Shown here in pieces: positions 62,571 through 64,000 of a DNA stretch of 64,000 nucleotides. The translations under genes were made by a program, and so were the position numbers. Within the stretch, counting starts at the first letter, position 1, and every line of letters starts with the position of its first letter. Origin of the DNA: a virus (lineage: Duplodnaviria > Caudoviricetes); the IMG/VR virus record IMGVR_UViG_3300032053_000004, positions 1 through 64,000 of that record, one strand, 5' to 3'. Under the pieces are notes generated by a model. The model was not told the origin of the DNA and made no database searches. It was given only the letters and a program-made list of their open reading frames with translations.

Positions 62571-63740
62571 ATGGCCCCTATGATCCGTACTCGAATTGCT
62601 GCATCTGTCCGTTTCATATACGCAATGTTTCAGTTATATGCTGCGGTTGAAGATCAATTTGGGAAATCCTTAATAAGTATTTTGAAGAAAAATTATCCGG
62701 ATCAAGAAATTGATATAGAACCGGCTTCTTTAGGCCATAAACTTATGGCAATCGCCCGTAAGCAACTCCAATATAACGACACTGACGCCATGGATGCCAT
62801 TCAGGATTTATTAACATATTTGAGTGTCGGGTCTATGTATGAAACGGATGCTAAAGGTAGAATCACTTATGATGATGACACTGGAGAACCCCTAAAAAGG
62901 ACAACTCCTAAGCCTTGGGACTTTGCTAAAGATTCTCCTACATGGCAAAAAGCTCTAGATAAAATATACACTAATTTACGTACTACTGCCATAAGTCGGT
63001 CTATGGGGAAGACTGTTAAGCAGAAACGAGAAAAACCCATCGATAAAGCTTTTGGGGTTCGTCCGGAGGGCGGCGGGGCTCCGGAGGGCGGCGAAGCTCG
63101 CGTTCCTGATCTTGGAGATAGTAGTCCTTTTGGTGCAGCCTTGGACGACAAAGCCGCCATCAAAGAATTCATGGACTTGATTGATGAGCATATTGATGAT
63201 CTTCGTAATGGTTTAACTCCTGATTCTCGCGCTCTTTTTGATTTAGTTTTCACTGAAGGTGTCGGGTCTTTTGGTTCTGATATTAAAGAAAATATGGGTC
63301 AGGCTTCTGCTCTTAAAGAGAAGTATCCTGACATGTATGCGAAGAATCAGAAACGTTGGTCAGGGTTTGTTGGAGATCTTCGCAAAAGACTCCTTGATGA
63401 AATTTGGAGATATATAGACCGAGAAATGTCATATAGAGATTACCAAAGAATCAAAGAGGCTTTCTTTGGTGAAACTACTCCTTCTGATATTAAAAAACTT
63501 GAGCAGAAAAAGATTCAAGAAAAAGAAGGATATCAATCTGGTATCGATTCTAGGAAGCTCGCTGATTATAAGTGGATGGAACAACAAGGTGTTCTTCCTA
63601 AATCAGAAGAATCTCCATACGAAAGTTTGAAGAAGAAACTCATAAAGCAAAATGTTGATGTTGACTCTATAGAACCTACAAGGCCGAAAGAAGATAAATT
63701 GAAGCGACTCGGAATCCCCGAATCTATAGGAATGATGTAA
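62571..63740 (+). CDS. ECF-sigma-like protein with N-terminal RIAASV motif (tentative)
   Basis: AMDAIQDLLTYL...IYTNLRTTAISRS (region 2-like); LRNGLTPDSRALFDLVF (region 4-like). Confidence 0.45.
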   Translation: MAPMIRTRIAASVRFIYAMFQLYAAVEDQFGKSLISILKKNYPDQEIDIEPASLGHKLMAIARKQLQYNDTDAMDAIQDLLTYLSVGSMYETDAKGRITYDDDTGEPLKRTTPKPWDFAKDSPTWQKALDKIYTNLRTTAISRSMGKTVKQKREKPIDKAFGVRPEGGGAPEGGEARVPDLGDSSPFGAALDDKAAIKEFMDLIDEHIDDLRNGLTPDSRALFDLVFTEGVGSFGSDIKENMGQASALKEKYPDMYAKNQKRWSGFVGDLRKRLLDEIWRYIDREMSYRDYQRIKEAFFGETTPSDIKKLEQKKIQEKEGYQSGIDSRKLADYKWMEQQGVLPKSEESPYESLKKKLIKQNVDVDSIEPTRPKEDKLKRLGIPESIGMM

Positions 63741-64000
63741 TGGATGGAACGGTAGCTGGCAACAAAGTTAACGGGACACTTGTTAGACTAGCTACTCTTG
63801 ATCGTGCATTAGAACTGTATCCTAGTTTAATTCTTTTGATTGCTAGGATTCAGCTTCAAGCACCGCGTTTACTTCCTATAACAACAACTCTTTCAGCCAG
63901 TGGAAGAGAGATTTTCATAATCAAAGATCCTTTAAAGATAGAAATAAATTATTGTTTACTGAGTGAGGACTGGGAAAAATGCAAAGCAATAGCTTTAAGC
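63740..64000 (+). CDS. Hypothetical protein, partial
   Basis: ATG overlaps upstream stop; open to window end. Confidence 0.45.
   Translation, partial: MDGTVAGNKVNGTLVRLATLDRALELYPSLILLIARIQLQAPRLLPITTTLSASGREIFIIKDPLKIEINYCLLSEDWEKCKAIALS

Noticed and set aside
1-64000. Stop-codon reassignment (alternative genetic code)
   Set aside because: Conserved enzymes are intact under code 11, and TAA, TAG and TGA all terminate genes at sensible positions.
1-64000. CRISPR array, integrase, transposase, intron or intein
   Set aside because: No regularly spaced repeat-spacer series and no recognisable recombinase, transposase or splicing motifs were seen; RecA and ligase look uninterrupted.
1-64000. 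Eukaryotic giant virus origin suggested by thaumatin and kinases
   Set aside because: SD motifs, bacterial-type RecA, RuvC, TilS and ThyX, operon overlaps and a lipobox indicate a bacteriophage.

Overview
The window looks like part of a large lytic dsDNA (jumbo-type) bacteriophage genome. It has bacterial RBSs, recA/ruvC/SSB/Rad50-half genes, DNA ligase, thyX, a dNMP kinase and six tRNAs with tilS and a SpoU methylase, and no integrase, CRISPR or host core genes. The left ~33 kb is a more GC-rich mosaic of short genes, many behind a repeated promoter (consensus ~AAAGCCGCAA-N16-CGTATC). The base 8 nt after CGTATC is nearly always the A of ATG or the first base of the SD. It ends in a repeat- and palindrome-rich, partly duplicated zone (27-33.5 kb). 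The right ~30 kb is AT-rich and carries replication, recombination and nucleotide genes, including a clear purZ (2-aminoadenine pathway). It also has a thaumatin-like lipoprotein, a VanW-like protein, two kinases and two sigma-factor-like proteins. The most striking unexplained signal is that at least 32 otherwise mostly unrelated small proteins, on both strands and in both compositional halves, end in the same C-terminal tag (~E-x-[VIL]-[VILM]-[E/D/x]-[S/A/G/C]-stop). A separate, non-overlapping set of proteins shares an N-terminal 'KIASR(V/I)A'-type helix. Two paralogous promoter-driven small RNAs with covarying stems were also found. All family calls come from motif recognition by eye; no database searches were run.
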